The translations under genes were made by a program, and so were the position numbers. Under the pieces are notes generated by a model. It was given only the letters and a program-made list of their open reading frames with translations, was not told where the DNA came from and did no database searches. Positions 21,965 through 34,106 of a stretch of DNA of 64,000 nt are shown piece after piece. The DNA is taken from positions 41,506 to 105,505 of the forward strand of contig CDRNVI010000050.1 in the NCBI GenBank assembly GCA_977017575.1, written 5' to 3'. Within the stretch, counting starts at the first letter, position 1, and every line of letters starts with the position of its first letter. Origin of the DNA: Paramoeba atlantica. Its lineage: Eukaryota; Protista; Discosea.

Positions 21965-24202
21965 ATGTCACCTCCCCCCTGTATTTTCTTCCCCCACAAA
22001 ACCCACACCACGGAACTCCACAAAGGGTACGGTAAAGTGATTCTCTTTGGGGAACACTTTGTGGTCTACGGCGAGCCCGCACTCGTCGCGGCGGTCTCGG
22101 AGTACACCGCGTGTTCGATTCAAGTGCTGCAATGTCCTGATGCTTCGCTTTTTAGCCAATTTGCTCATAGCAGCGCTCCGTTTTTAAACAACAACTTCGA
22201 AAACACTTCTCCTTCTTTAAACAACAACAGCGATTCATACTTATCCACACTTCCTATAATCCGAATGGAAGTCACGGATCGTCGTCCCGCAGTCCCGGGA
22301 TACAAACACGAGAAACGATTTGAACAACGCAAAGCGCATCGTCTTGTTTTGGAGCATCTCTTTCAAATTTCGCTTTTAGACGTGAATGAAGTTGAAAATA
22401 GAAGTGAAACCAGTGAGGCACCAAAAGACAAGAACAAACGGTTTACCGCATTATTTGACTGGAGTACGGACGAAGGTGGTGAGAGTGAAACGAGCGTAAC
22501 GCCTGTTTCTGTGAGCGGGGATGGTAAACCGAGAAAACCAAACGGTTTGTCGTCGAATGCAGAAAACTTAAAAGTGGCTTCCAACGAATCGGATCGCACT
22601 TCTGCATCGTCAAATACGATTCCAGGAAGCAGAGAGTCGTCTTCTGCATCTTCTTCTGTGCCTTATTCCTCTGTGCCTTCATCTGTGTCTTCTACATCGT
22701 CAAATAACCTTCCAAAAAACACAAAATGGTCTCCTACAAAAGACCCTATCTCCATTTCAGCGTCTTCTCCTCCTCCTTCTTCTTCTCTATCCTCCAAATC
22801 CTCTCTATCCTCCAAATCCTCTCTATCCCCTCAATCCTCTCTATCCTCCAAATCCTCTCTATCCCCTCAATCCTCTCTATCCTCCAAATCCTCTCTATCC
22901 TCCAAATCCTCTCTATCCTCCAAATCCTCTCTATCCCCTCAATCCTCTCTATCCCCTAACTCTTCTCTATCCTCTCAATCTCCTTCCCTCTCTCTCTCCC
23001 TCACCCTCCACGGCCCCCTCACCGCGGTCTCCGGCGTCGGGGCCAGCGCCGCGGACGTCGTCGCCCTCTCCCGCGCCCTCAGCAGTCTCTACGGGCTCGG
23101 CCTCAGCGAGCGCGCGATCAACCGCAGCGGGTACGCCGGGGAGCGCGGGTACCACGGCAACCCCTCGGGCGTGGACAACACGGCCGCGACCTACGGGGGG
23201 GTGCTGCTGTACCGGAGAGGGGGGAGGGGGGGTAGAGGGGATAGAGGAGAAGGAGGTGGAAAGGAAAAGGAAGAAGATGGTGGAAAGAAAGAAGAAGAAG
23301 ATAGAAAGGAAAAAGAAGAAGAAAATAGAAAAGAAGGAGAAGAAGAAGAAGAAGATAGAAAGGAAAAAGAAGAAGATAGAAAAGAAGAAGGCGAAAGTAG
23401 AACAGAAAAAGAAGAAATGGGAAGAGAAGAAGAAACGAAAAGAGTAGAAGAAGACAGAAAGGAAAAAGAAAAAGATAGAAAAGAAAAAAAAACGAGAAAA
23501 GAAGAAGAAACGGGCAACGAAAAAAAGAGCGAAAAAGAGGAAACGAGAAAAGAAGAAAAGGCTAGAAAAGAAGGTGAAAAAGCTATCAAGGAGGAAAGAA
23601 AGGAGGTAGAAATGAAGGAGTATTGGGAAATGGTGAGCAGAATAGAATCCGCCGGGGATACGATCCAAGGCGAGGGATGTTGCTTTACGATACTTCGAGG
23701 AGCACGGAAAAATCGAGGGGAAGCCACACCGAACGATGAGAATACCCAAAAACGAGTTCTTTCTTTGCTAGTTCTCTCGACAGGAATTACCTCGAGTACC
23801 GCACAGGTGGTGGAGGCGGTACGAAGTCGTGCATTAGCTCATCCGTGTTGGTTTTATCAAATTTTGTGCCGTTATCGTGTGGATGTTCTTCTTCCCGTTT
23901 TACATTCGCTGAGTTCCTCTACGATCTCACTCGAAGCTCTGGGAAACGCCATGACAAATAATCACGTATTGCTACAAGACATCGGGGTCTCCTGTGAGGC
24001 CCTGGAATGGATTGTACAAAACGCGACATCCAGAAACGGAGTGCTCGGTGCAAAGCTCTCGGGTACGGGATGTGGTGGTATTGCTGTGGTGTTGTGCTCG
24101 GGGAAAGAACAGCAGAAAAACGTTTCGCGGTTTTTTCGGGAGGCTTGTGATGCATCTGGGGCACATAAAGTGCTTATGTGGGACTATAGCGTAGAGAGCT
24201 AA
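21965..24202 (+). CDS. MVK: Mevalonate kinase (trypanosomatid type) with two large low-complexity insertions (745 aa)
   Basis: GYGKVILFGEHFVVYG, GPLTAVSGVGASAADVVALSRAL, GYHGNPSGVDNTAATYGG, AKLSGTGCGG, all in one frame. Confidence 0.88.
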   Translation: MSPPPCIFFPHKTHTTELHKGYGKVILFGEHFVVYGEPALVAAVSEYTACSIQVLQCPDASLFSQFAHSSAPFLNNNFENTSPSLNNNSDSYLSTLPIIRMEVTDRRPAVPGYKHEKRFEQRKAHRLVLEHLFQISLLDVNEVENRSETSEAPKDKNKRFTALFDWSTDEGGESETSVTPVSVSGDGKPRKPNGLSSNAENLKVASNESDRTSASSNTIPGSRESSSASSSVPYSSVPSSVSSTSSNNLPKNTKWSPTKDPISISASSPPPSSSLSSKSSLSSKSSLSPQSSLSSKSSLSPQSSLSSKSSLSSKSSLSSKSSLSPQSSLSPNSSLSSQSPSLSLSLTLHGPLTAVSGVGASAADVVALSRALSSLYGLGLSERAINRSGYAGERGYHGNPSGVDNTAATYGGVLLYRRGGRGGRGDRGEGGGKEKEEDGGKKEEEDRKEKEEENRKEGEEEEEDRKEKEEDRKEEGESRTEKEEMGREEETKRVEEDRKEKEKDRKEKKTRKEEETGNEKKSEKEETRKEEKARKEGEKAIKEERKEVEMKEYWEMVSRIESAGDTIQGEGCCFTILRGARKNRGEATPNDENTQKRVLSLLVLSTGITSSTAQVVEAVRSRALAHPCWFYQILCRYRVDVLLPVLHSLSSSTISLEALGNAMTNNHVLLQDIGVSCEALEWIVQNATSRNGVLGAKLSGTGCGGIAVVLCSGKEQQKNVSRFFREACDASGAHKVLMWDYSVES

Positions 24203-24649
24203 CTTAGTCACATGGTCTCAATGTGCGCTTGTTTATCCTTTTTTAGGACTTTCAACATTTCTGTTTCAACGCTTGGCAATCCAACATACAGTCGTGGTTC
24301 CCCCCAAGGCCACAGCTGCGCGCTTCGCGTTGAAAACTACCTCCGCGTTTACAGGGAGTGGTAACCCCCACATGTGTGTGAGGGGGGGGCGGGGGGGAAT
24401 TATCGCCGCGGCCTACTCTACCACCACCTACTCTACCCGCACCCTTATCTGTCATAGAAACTCGCACCCTGATCTGTCATAAATGCTCCCGTATCTGTCA
24501 CAATGCACCCTTATCTGTCATAATGCACATGTTGTGGGGTATGGAGGCCTCTCGCAACTCCGGGGCCTCACCGGGAGCACAATCGAGGTTACCCATTTTT
24601 TATGTTAACTGTGTAGCAAAAATGTAATTTTTTGCAAGGGGTTGAAAAT

Positions 24650-25690
24650 AAGCTTTTCTTTTTTAGGCTCTTCGTTAAACGCGGTGGTTGTTTTCAACTT
24701 AGAAGTCCCTCATGCTACGCGCTCCGCGTTGAAAACTACCACCGCGTTTAACGAAGAGCCTAAAAAAGAAAATTTGGCCTGGAAAGCTAAAGAAAACACA
24801 AGGATTATGGCCAAAATTAGCCGATTTTCAGGTAAAAATGGGGTGATTTTTGCGTATTCTTGCTCTCAGAGCACTAAATCTTGTATTTGCGTGTGAAAAA
24901 TCACTCGTAGGCGTGAATGAAAGCCTACTAAACGTATTGGGCAGAGAATGCGACTCCAACCACACCATTCTTTTGACATCAAAAGACCCCATTAGGTCCG
25001 AAAATTATTTTTTCGCACTTTTTGGTCAAAAACGGGCTATTGTGGGAGGCGTGCCACGGCTCCACGAAGTGATATCTTGCGAAAACAACTGCGCAGAAAG
25101 CTAGTATAGGTCCCAAACTGTCAAAATACAATAGGGCAAAAAGGTTGAAAAAATATTTTTTTTACCGTTTTTTTCGCCAAGTTGAATTTTTTTTCCGAAA
25201 AAATCCGAACTTGGCGGACCCGTTCTTTCAACATCCGAACTTGGCGAACGCGGGGGGTCACCCCCGGGTAGGGGGGTGGAAAATGCGCGCCAAGATCCCG
25301 GCCACCGCTGCTGCGGGTTTTTTTCTAAAAACCAAACTCCTAAAACACGTTTTAGGAGTCGATTTTGGAAAAATAAAATTTTTACTTTTTTCCGGGTCCA
25401 AAAAAAATTTTTTTGGTCATCCCAAAAAATTCGGAATTTTTGACCTTGTCGGACCCCTCCAGCGCGTACCAGGGGGGGGGGGGGTACACACAGGCGGTGG
25501 GGGTGGAACGTCATCGCCGCGGCCTACTCTACCACTTCCCTGCGCTCGATTTCGAAAATCAAGATTTTCAAAAAGCGACTTGTGCCACCCCCCGATGGAC
25601 CCCCATTTTTTTCAATTTTTTTTAAAATTTTGGACCACCGGAGCCCCCTTTTATAAATATACCGGAGCCCCCTTTTTATATATAAAATAT
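24650..25690 (+). repeat. Variant copy of the long-hairpin repeat family (extra module ttaggagtcgattttggaaaa...gaccttgtcggacccc)
   Basis: Palindrome at ~24662-24765, body homologous to other copies; the extra module recurs at ~28750-28850, 52100-52270 and 55980-56150. Confidence 0.8.
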
Positions 25691-26229
25691 ATATAAACCG
25701 GGAGATATCGTTCCAGTTTTGTGGTAGTTTGCCAAAGGTGCCTTTAGTATCTCCCTCGTCCACTTTAGCCTGGGTTACAGAGCCATCGAAAGATGCTCCC
25801 TAGGACCTCTTACAGCTTCCCACGCGAGGAAGTCGTCGTCGCCGCGGCAAAAGGACAGAAGGCTACGCCTTCTGCCTTTTTGCCTTGCGCCTCCTCCTTC
25901 CTCTGATTTCAGAAATTGCTATGATCACCCTGGTGGGGAGGGGGGGCAGGGGGTACCCATCGGAATTGTTGAAAAACTAGTGATCTTGTCACTCAATTCG
26001 ATTCATACGTCTTTGTAAACTTTTTTTTAGAAAACTCACCTGAAACGATATCGGGCGCGATATCGGGCATGAAATCGGGCCACAAATCGTGGCCTCAATA
26101 TTGTCCCTTAAATACCCGTCCCGTAATAACACCACGCACTGTAATATAATAGAAGAAAAAATTGAAAGGGGGGCCCCGGTGGTCCAAAATTGAAAAAAAT
26201 GGGGAGTCCAGGGGGGGGGGCATATTATA

Positions 26230-26440
26230 TTGCATGAATTCACCTTTATCTGGCATGAATTCACTTTTATCTGGCATAATGCACCTTTATCTGGCATAAT
26301 GCACCTTTATATTGCATAAGGCACCTTAATATTGCATAATTCACCTTGATATTGCATATTCAGCGGCACCTTCATTTTGCATATTAAGCTGCACCTTTAT
26401 ATTGTATAATCACCTTTATATTGCATAGTGTACCTTTATA
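26230..26440 (+). repeat. Degenerate ~20-bp minisatellite (gcataatgcacctttatatt-like)
   Basis: About 10 diverged units; related reverse copies at ~28595-28740 and 31262-31405, weak copy at ~24440-24525. Confidence 0.75.
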
Positions 26441-26444
26441 ATTC

Positions 26445-29400
26445 TTTTTTAAGCTCTTCGTTAAACGCGGTGGTTGCTTTCAACTTAGAAGTCACTCATG
26501 CTGCGCGCTTCGCGTTGAAAACTACCGCCGCGTTTAACGAAGAGCCTAAAAAAGAAAATTTAGCCTGGAAAACGGAAAGATTATAGCCAAAGATAGCCGA
26601 ATTTCGGGTACAAATGGGTTCATTTTCTCGTAGTTTTGCTGTCAGAGCACTCAATCCGACATTTGCGCGTGGGAAATCACTCGCAGGCATGAATGAAAGC
26701 CTACCGAACGTATTGGGTAGAGAATGCGACTCCAACCATACCATTCTTTCGACACAAAAATGCCCCTTTAGGTCCGAAAAATACTTTTTCACCTTTTTTA
26801 GTCAAAAATGGGTCATTTTGGGGGGCGCACCACAGTTAGAAGAAGTGATACCTTGCGAAAACAACTGCGTAGAAAGTTAGTGTAGGTCCCAAACTATCAA
26901 AGTACAATAGGGGAAACGATTTTGGAAAAATATTTTTTTTGTCATTTTTTTCGCCAAGTTGAAATTTTTTTCAAAACTTTTTTTTCCGAAAAAATCCGAA
27001 CTTGGCGGACCCGTCCTGCGGATACGCGGGGGGGTCACCCCCGGGTAGGGGGGTGGAAAATGCGCGCCAAGACCCCGGCTACCCTTTCTGCGGTTTTTTT
27101 TCGAAAACTAATTTTTTCGAAAAAATTTGCTCGACCATGCCCCCCCCCTGGACCCCCCCCTGGACCACCCCCATGGACCCCCCATTTTTTTCAAATCATT
27201 TTTTTCAGTTTTGGACCACCGGAGCCCCCTTTTATATTTTTTTCTTCTATTATATTACTGTGTTCCCCTTTATATTTTCACTGTTTTTGTTCACTTTTTT
27301 TTCAATAATCGAGTGTAGAGCGGTAGTTTTACAACCACCGCAATTTAGGCTCTTCGTTAAACGCGGTGGTTGCTTTCAACTTAGAAGTCACTCATGCTGC
27401 GCGCTTCGCGTTGAAAACTACCGCCGCGTTTAACGAAGAGCCTAAAAAAGAAAATTTAGCCTGGAAAACGGAAAGATTATAGCCAAAGATAGCCGAATTT
27501 CGGGTACAAATGGGTTCATTTTCGCGTAGTTTTGCTGTCAGAGCACTAAATCCGACATTTGCGCGTGGGAAATCACTCGCAGGCATGAATGAAAGCCTAC
27601 CGAACGTATTGGGTAGAGAATGCGACTCCAACCATACCATTCTTTCGACACAAAAATGCCCCTTTAGGTCCGAAAAATACTTTTTCACCTTCTTTAGTCA
27701 AAAATGGGTCATTTTGGGGGGCGCACCACAGTTAGAAGAAGTGATACCTTGCGAAAACAACTGCGTAGAAAGCTAGTGTAGGTCCCAAACTATCAAAATA
27801 CAATAGGGGAATTTTCTCGACCATGACCCCCCCTGGACCCCCCCCCATGGACCCCCCATTTTTTTCAAATCTTTTTTTTCAGTTTTGGACCACCGGAGCC
27901 CCCTTTTATATTTTTTTCTTCTATTATATTACTGTGTTCCCCTTTATATTTTCACTGTTTTTGTTCACTTTTTTTTCAATAATCGAGTGTAGAGCGGTAG
28001 TTTTACAACCACCGCAATTGCAGCATTAGATCTTGTATACACCAGTTTTCCTTTTTATTCACCATTCGCATGACATCAGAGAATTAAGAAAAGCACAGTT
28101 GGGATTTTATTCGCTTCAAGATTATATGCAATATGTGCGCTCCCTTGCTGGTTTTATATTTCCAGTTATCATATAATTACTTGTAAGTACATTAGAGAAT
28201 TAAGAAAAGCACAGTTGGGATTTTACTCCCGACAGGTAAACTAGTTCTCGTTGTCGTATGTTTCCATCGCAGACGGGTAAACAAGGTCTTGGTTCATTGG
28301 CCCGGCCGGCCCCTCCGTGCGTTCGGTCTCTTATTCCCAAAACAACTACCACCTTCCCCCCCTATTTAGCGGGGGGATTTAGCACATGTTGTGGGGTATG
28401 GAGGCCTCTCGCAACTCCGGGGCCTCACCGGGAGCAAAGGTGAATTTATTTAATTCCATTTTTTGGCAATGTTAAGAACCTAAAATTTCTAGTCAACCTC
28501 AAATTTCGCGAACACCAACCAAAAATGATCATATTTTTTAAGGGGTCAAAATTTTTTTAAGGGCTCGAAAAAAATTTAAGGGCTCGATTTTTTTTCAACT
28601 TTTATGCCAGACAAAGGTGTAGAATTTATGCAATATAAAGGTGCAGCTTAATATGCCATATAAAGGTGAATTATGCAATATAAAGGTGCAGCTTAGTATG
28701 CAATATAAGTGGCCACTTTTTATGCCAGATAAAGGTGCGAGTGGGGTACCCCCCCATGGTACGCGCGGGAGGGGTCCGACAAGGTCAAAAATTCCGAAAA
28801 AAGCAAAAATAATATTTTTCCAAAATCGACTCCTAAACCGCATTTGGAGAGTTTGGGACCTCACCTACCATTCTGCGGCGTTTTTGTCGACAGATTAAGG
28901 GCATCCAAAACGGCCCAAATTCGGTGTAATATTTCGCAATTTTTGCCGAAAAATCGAACTTTTCCCCCCCAAAAAAGTAGATTATTCATGATCTTTTGGA
29001 GATCACCAACTTAGAAGTCACTCATGCTGCGCGCTTCACGTTGAAAACTACCACCGCGTTTAACGAAGAGCCTAAAAAAGAAAAAAATATGCATTATAAA
29101 GGTTACAATTCTTTTTTAGGCTCTTCGTTAAACGCGGTGGTTGTTTTCAACTTAGAAGTCACTCATGCTGCGCGCTTCGCGTTGAAAACTACCGCCGCGT
29201 TTAACGAAGAGCCTAAAAAAGAAAATTTGGCCTGGAAAACGGAAAGATTATAGCCAAAAATAGCCGAATTTCGGGTAAAAATGGGTTCATTTTCGCGTAT
29301 TTTTGCTCTCAGAGCACTCAATCCGACATTTGCGCGTGGAAAATCACTCGTAGGCATGAATGAAAGCCTACCGAACGTATTGGGTAGAGAATACGACTCC

Positions 29401-32400
29401 AACCATACCATTCTTTCGACACAAAAATGCCCCTTTAGGTCCGAAAAATACTTTTTCACCTTTTTTAGTCAAAAATGGGTCATTTTGGGGGGCGCACCAC
29501 AGTTAGAAGAAGTGATACCTTGCGAAAACAACTGCGTAGAAAGTTAGTGTAGGTCCCAAACTATCAAAATACAATAGGGGAAACGATTTTGGAAAAATAT
29601 TTTTTTTGTCATTTTTTTCGCCAAGTTGAAATTTTTTTCAAAACTTTTTTTTCCGAAAAAATCCGAACTTGGCGGACCCGTCCTGCGGATACGCGGGGGG
29701 GTCACCCCCGGGTAGGGGGGTGGAAAATGCGCGCCAAGACCCCGGCTACCCTTTCTGCGGTTTTTTTTCGAAAACTAATTTTTTCGAAAAAATTTGCTCG
29801 ACCATGCCCCCCCCTGGACCCCCCCCCTGGACCACCCCCATGGACCCCCCATTTTTTTCAAATCATTTTTTTCAGTTTTGGACCACCGGAGCCCCCTTTT
29901 ATATTTTTTTCTTCTATTATATTACTGTGTTCCCCTTTATATTTTCACTGTTTTTGTTCACTTTTTTTTCAATAATCGAGTGTAGAGCGGTAGTTTTACA
30001 ACCACCGCAATTTAGGCTCTTCGTTAAACGCGGTGGTTGCTTTCAACTTAGAAGTCACTCATGCTGCGCGCTTCGCGTTGAAAACTACCGCCGCGTTTAA
30101 CGAAGAGCCTAAAAAAGAAAATTTAGCCTGGAAAACGGAAAGATTATAGCCAAAGATAGCCGAATTTCGGGTACAAATGGGTTCATTTTCGCGTAGTTTT
30201 GCTGTCAGAGCACTAAATCCGACATTTGCGCGTGGGAAATCACTCGCAGGCATGAATGAAAGCCTACCGAACGTATTGGGTAGAGAATGCGACTCCAACC
30301 ATACCATTCTTTCGACACAAAAATGCCCCTTTAGGTCCGAAAAATACTTTTTCACCTTCTTTAGTCAAAAATGGGTCATTTTGGGGGGCGCACCACAGTT
30401 AGAAGAAGTGATACCTTGCGAAAACAACTGCGTAGAAAGCTAGTGTAGGTCCCAAACTATCAAAATACAATAGGGGAATTTTCTCGACCATGACCCCCCC
30501 TGGACCCCCCCCCATGGACCCCCCATTTTTTTCAAATCTTTTTTTTCAGTTTTGGACCACCGGAGCCCCCTTTTATATTTTTTTCTTCTATTATATTACT
30601 GTGTTCCCCTTTATATTTTCACTGTTTTTGTTCACTTTTTTTTCAATAATCGAGTGTAGAGCGGTAGTTTTACAACCACCGCAATTGCAGCATTAGATCT
30701 TGTATACACCAGTTTTCCTTTTTATTCACCATTCGCATGACATCAGAGAATTAAGAAAAGCACAGTTGGGATTTTATTCGCTTCAAGATTATATGCAATA
30801 TGTGCGCTCCCTTGCTGGTTTTATATTTCCAGTTATCATATAATTACTTGTAAGTACATTAGAGAATTAAGAAAAGCACAGTTGGGATTTTACTCCCGAC
30901 AGGTAAACTAGTTCTCGTTGTCGTATGTTTCCGTCGCAGACGGGTAAACAAGGTCTCGGTTCATTGGCCCGGCCGGCCCCTCCGTGCGTTCGGTCTCTTA
31001 TTCCCAAAACAACTACCACCTTCCCCCCCTATTTAGCGGGGGGATTTAGCACATGTTGTGGGGTATGGAGGCCTCTCGCAACTCCGGGGCCTCACCGGGA
31101 GCAAAGGTGAATTTATTTAATTCCATTTTTTGGCAATGTTAAGAACCTAAAATTTCTAGTCAACCTCAAATTTCGCGAACACCAACCAAAAATGATCATA
31201 TTTTTTAAGGGGTCAAAATTTTTTTAAGGGCTCGAAAAAAATTTAAGGGCTCGATTTTTTTTCAACTTTTATGCCAGACAAAGGTGTAGAATTTATGCAA
31301 TATAAAGGTGCAGCTTAATATGCCATATAAAGGTGAATTATGCAATATAAAGGTGCAGCTTAGTATGCAATATAAGTGGCCACTTTTTATGCCAGATAAA
31401 GGTGCGAGTGGGGTACCCCCCCATGGTACGCGCGGGAGGGGTCCGACAAGGTCAAAAATTCCGAAAAAAGCAAAAATAATATTTTTCCAAAATCGACTCC
31501 TAAACCGCATTTGGAGAGTTTGGGACCTCACCTACCATTCTGCGGCGTTTTTGTCGACAGATTAAGGGCATCCAAAACGGCCCAAATTCGGTGTAATATT
31601 TCGCAATTTTTGCCGAAAAATCGAACTTTTCCCCCCAAAAAAGTAGATTATTCATGATCTTTTGGAGATCACCAACTTAGAAGTCACTCATGCTGCGCGC
31701 TTCACGTTGAAAACTACCACCGCGTTTAACGAAGAGCCTAAAAAAGAAAAAAATATGCATTATAAAGGTTACAATTCTTTTTTAGGCTCTTCGTTAAACG
31801 CGGTGGTTGTTTTCAACTTAGAAGTCACTCATGCTGCGCGCTTCGCGTTGAAAACTACCGCCGCGTTTAACGAAGAGCCTAAAAAAGAAAATTTGGCCTG
31901 GAAAACGGAAAGATTATAGCCAAAAATAGCCGAATTTCGGGTAAAAATGGGTTCATTTTCGCGTATTTTTGCTCTCAGAGCACTCAATCCGACATTTGCG
32001 CGTGGAAAATCACTCGTAGGCATGAATGAAAGCCTACCGAACGTATTGGGTAGAGAATACGACTCCAACCATACCATTCTTTCGACACAAAAATGCCCCT
32101 TTAGGTCCGAAAAATACTTTTTCACCTTTTTTAGTCAAAAATGGGTCATTTTGGGGGGCGCACCACAGTTAGAAGAAGTGATACCTTGCGAAAACAACTG
32201 CGTAGAAAGTTAGTGTAGGTCCCAAACTATCAAAATACAATAGGGGAAACGATTTTGGAAAAATATTTTTTTTGTCATTTTTTTCGCCAAGTTGAAATTT
32301 TTTTCAAAACTTTTTTTTCCGAAAAAATCCGAACTTGGCGGACCCGTCCTGCGGATACGCGGGGGGGTCACCCCCGGGTAGGGGGGTGGAAAATGCGCGC

Positions 32401-32678
32401 CAAGACCCCGGCTACCCTTTCTGCGGTTTTTTTTCGAAAACTAATTTTTTCGAAAAAATTTGCTCGACCATGCCCCCCCCCTGGACCCCCCCCCTGGACC
32501 ACCCCCATGGACCCCCCATTTTTTTCAAATCATTTTTTTCAGTTTTGGACCACCGGAGCCCCCTTTTATATTTTTTTCTTCTATTATATTACTGTGTTCC
32601 CCTTTATATTTTCACTGTTTTTGTTCACTTTTTTTTCAATAATCGAGTGTAGAGCGGTAGTTTTACAACCACCGCAAT
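26445..32678 (+). repeat. 2,667-bp tandem duplication (~2.3 units), each with head-to-tail long-hairpin repeats
   Basis: Shadow ORFs recur at a constant 2666-2667 offset (26496/29163, 27392/30059, 28258/30925). Repeat copies end at 27344, 28018, 30011, 30685 and 32678. Confidence 0.95.
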
Positions 32679-33069
32679 AAATGTGTTATTGCGGTGGTTG
32701 TATTCTTTTCCAGGCTCTTCGTTAAACGCGGTGGTTGTTTTCAACTTAGAAGGCACCACTGCTGCGCGCTTCGCGTTGAAAGCTACCTCCGCGTTTAACG
32801 AAGAGCCTAGAAAAGAAAAATTTGGAGAACGATGGACAATTTGGAGAACGAAAATTTAGGAGAATGAAAATATAGATTTGGAGAACGAGTAGTACTTTAC
32901 TTGTTAAACAGAACAGTATGGGCTTTTAGAGGAGAAAAAGTGGAGAAGAAAAACATGAAAACGTGCACTGAAAAACCCCCGGAAAACTACGTTTTAGAAA
33001 TTCACTTCTTCGACAAAGAAAAAAACTTTCTTCCTGTATCACTTTTCTTTGTCAATTAATCTTCGCCTT

Positions 33070-33435
33070 TCAAAACTTCATCTTCTTCACCTGCTTTTTT
33101 GGCTGTGTTTTTTGGCTGCCCTTGCTCTTGCGGTACGTGCTGCATGCATGTTTAGCTTGTTCTGTCGTAGCAAAACAGACATACGCACGTTTGAACTTTC
33201 TAATTATTGTGACAAGTTTTACGTCACCAAAGAAGGCATAATACTCACTTAGATTTTTGTTTGTCATTTCCGCCGGAACATGCTCCACAGTGATCGAGCG
33301 CTCGTCACGCTCGCCCAGAGCTGAACTCAAGTTCATCTCTGATTCGTGCAAGTCATCCCGCTTCCGCTTAACATCACTGATCTTCAGCGATGTATCGCAT
33401 TCTGCGGTGAGGACGTTCTCCGGAAGAGTAGACAT
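33070..33435 (-). CDS. Small RRM-domain protein with basic tail, inside the Helitron distal region
   Basis: ITVEHVP (RNP2-like), LSEYYAFFGDV, RAYVCF (RNP1-like), A..A helix; ATG start. Confidence 0.6.
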   Translation of the reverse strand: MSTLPENVLTAECDTSLKISDVKRKRDDLHESEMNLSSALGERDERSITVEHVPAEMTNKNLSEYYAFFGDVKLVTIIRKFKRAYVCFATTEQAKHACSTYRKSKGSQKTQPKKQVKKMKF

Positions 33436-34106
33436 ATAGGGAGGAAGGGTAAAAAGATAAGGTGATTAAAAAAGTGAATCAGATATTAAACCATGTTCCA
33501 GGATAGTATACGTAGTAGTTATACTAAATGAGTAGGTATACTAAGTGGGTGCGATGAATGGTGAAAGAGATGAAGGTGAATAAAAAAGTGAATCAGATAC
33601 TACTGAACTTCGAGACACGCTGACGCAGGGATGTGATTTACTTCGCTTCGGGGAATTTTTAACAGAGCAGGATGGATACCTCTTCTTTTCGTAGCGGCCG
33701 TGTGAGCGTTCGGATCGCTCGTACTTTTTCGTAATTTTAGTTTCGGACCCTTCTAGGAGGTGCTGGCGAGGGGGGTGCTTTACTTTGTGGTAGGTAATTT
33801 TGAAGGACGCAAGGTTCTGAAATCTTTTTTTTGAAGGGCCCGTTGCGCGGGCCCTTCGAGTGGGTGCAGACCCGCTGGGGCGGGGGGTGCTCTACTTCCT
33901 GGCAGATAATTTTGAAGGAATAGTTTGTTTTTGAAGGTGCTTTTAAAGGAGACTTCTTAATGGAGACATTTTTTTTGGTAGGGGCCACGTGAGCGTTGGG
34001 GTCACACTTCTTCTGCCAAAGCTGAAGACGCCGGGCTTGTGACCGGTATCAAGCGTGCTACCCCCCTGGAGAGGTCTTCCTGAGAAGATGGTTTCATTCT
34101 AATGTC

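Noticed and set aside
18742-23749. Antisense and alternative-frame ORFs over HSP100, EB1 and MVK
   Set aside because: Overlap well-supported genes, low complexity, no motifs.
28078-28225. Two 32-bp direct repeats (agagaattaagaaaagcacagttgggatttta) 84 bp apart, CRISPR-like
   Set aside because: Only two units with an over-long spacer, in a eukaryotic context; best read as a local duplication.
26496-32680. Recurrent small ORFs (MKKYFSDLK..., MADPSCGY..., MEKYFF...)
   Set aside because: Shadows of the non-coding hairpin repeat; frames are broken differently among copies by homopolymer indels.
33737-33988. Basic ORF MAPTKKNVSIKK in the Helitron distal region
   Set aside because: GTG start, short, no recognisable domain.
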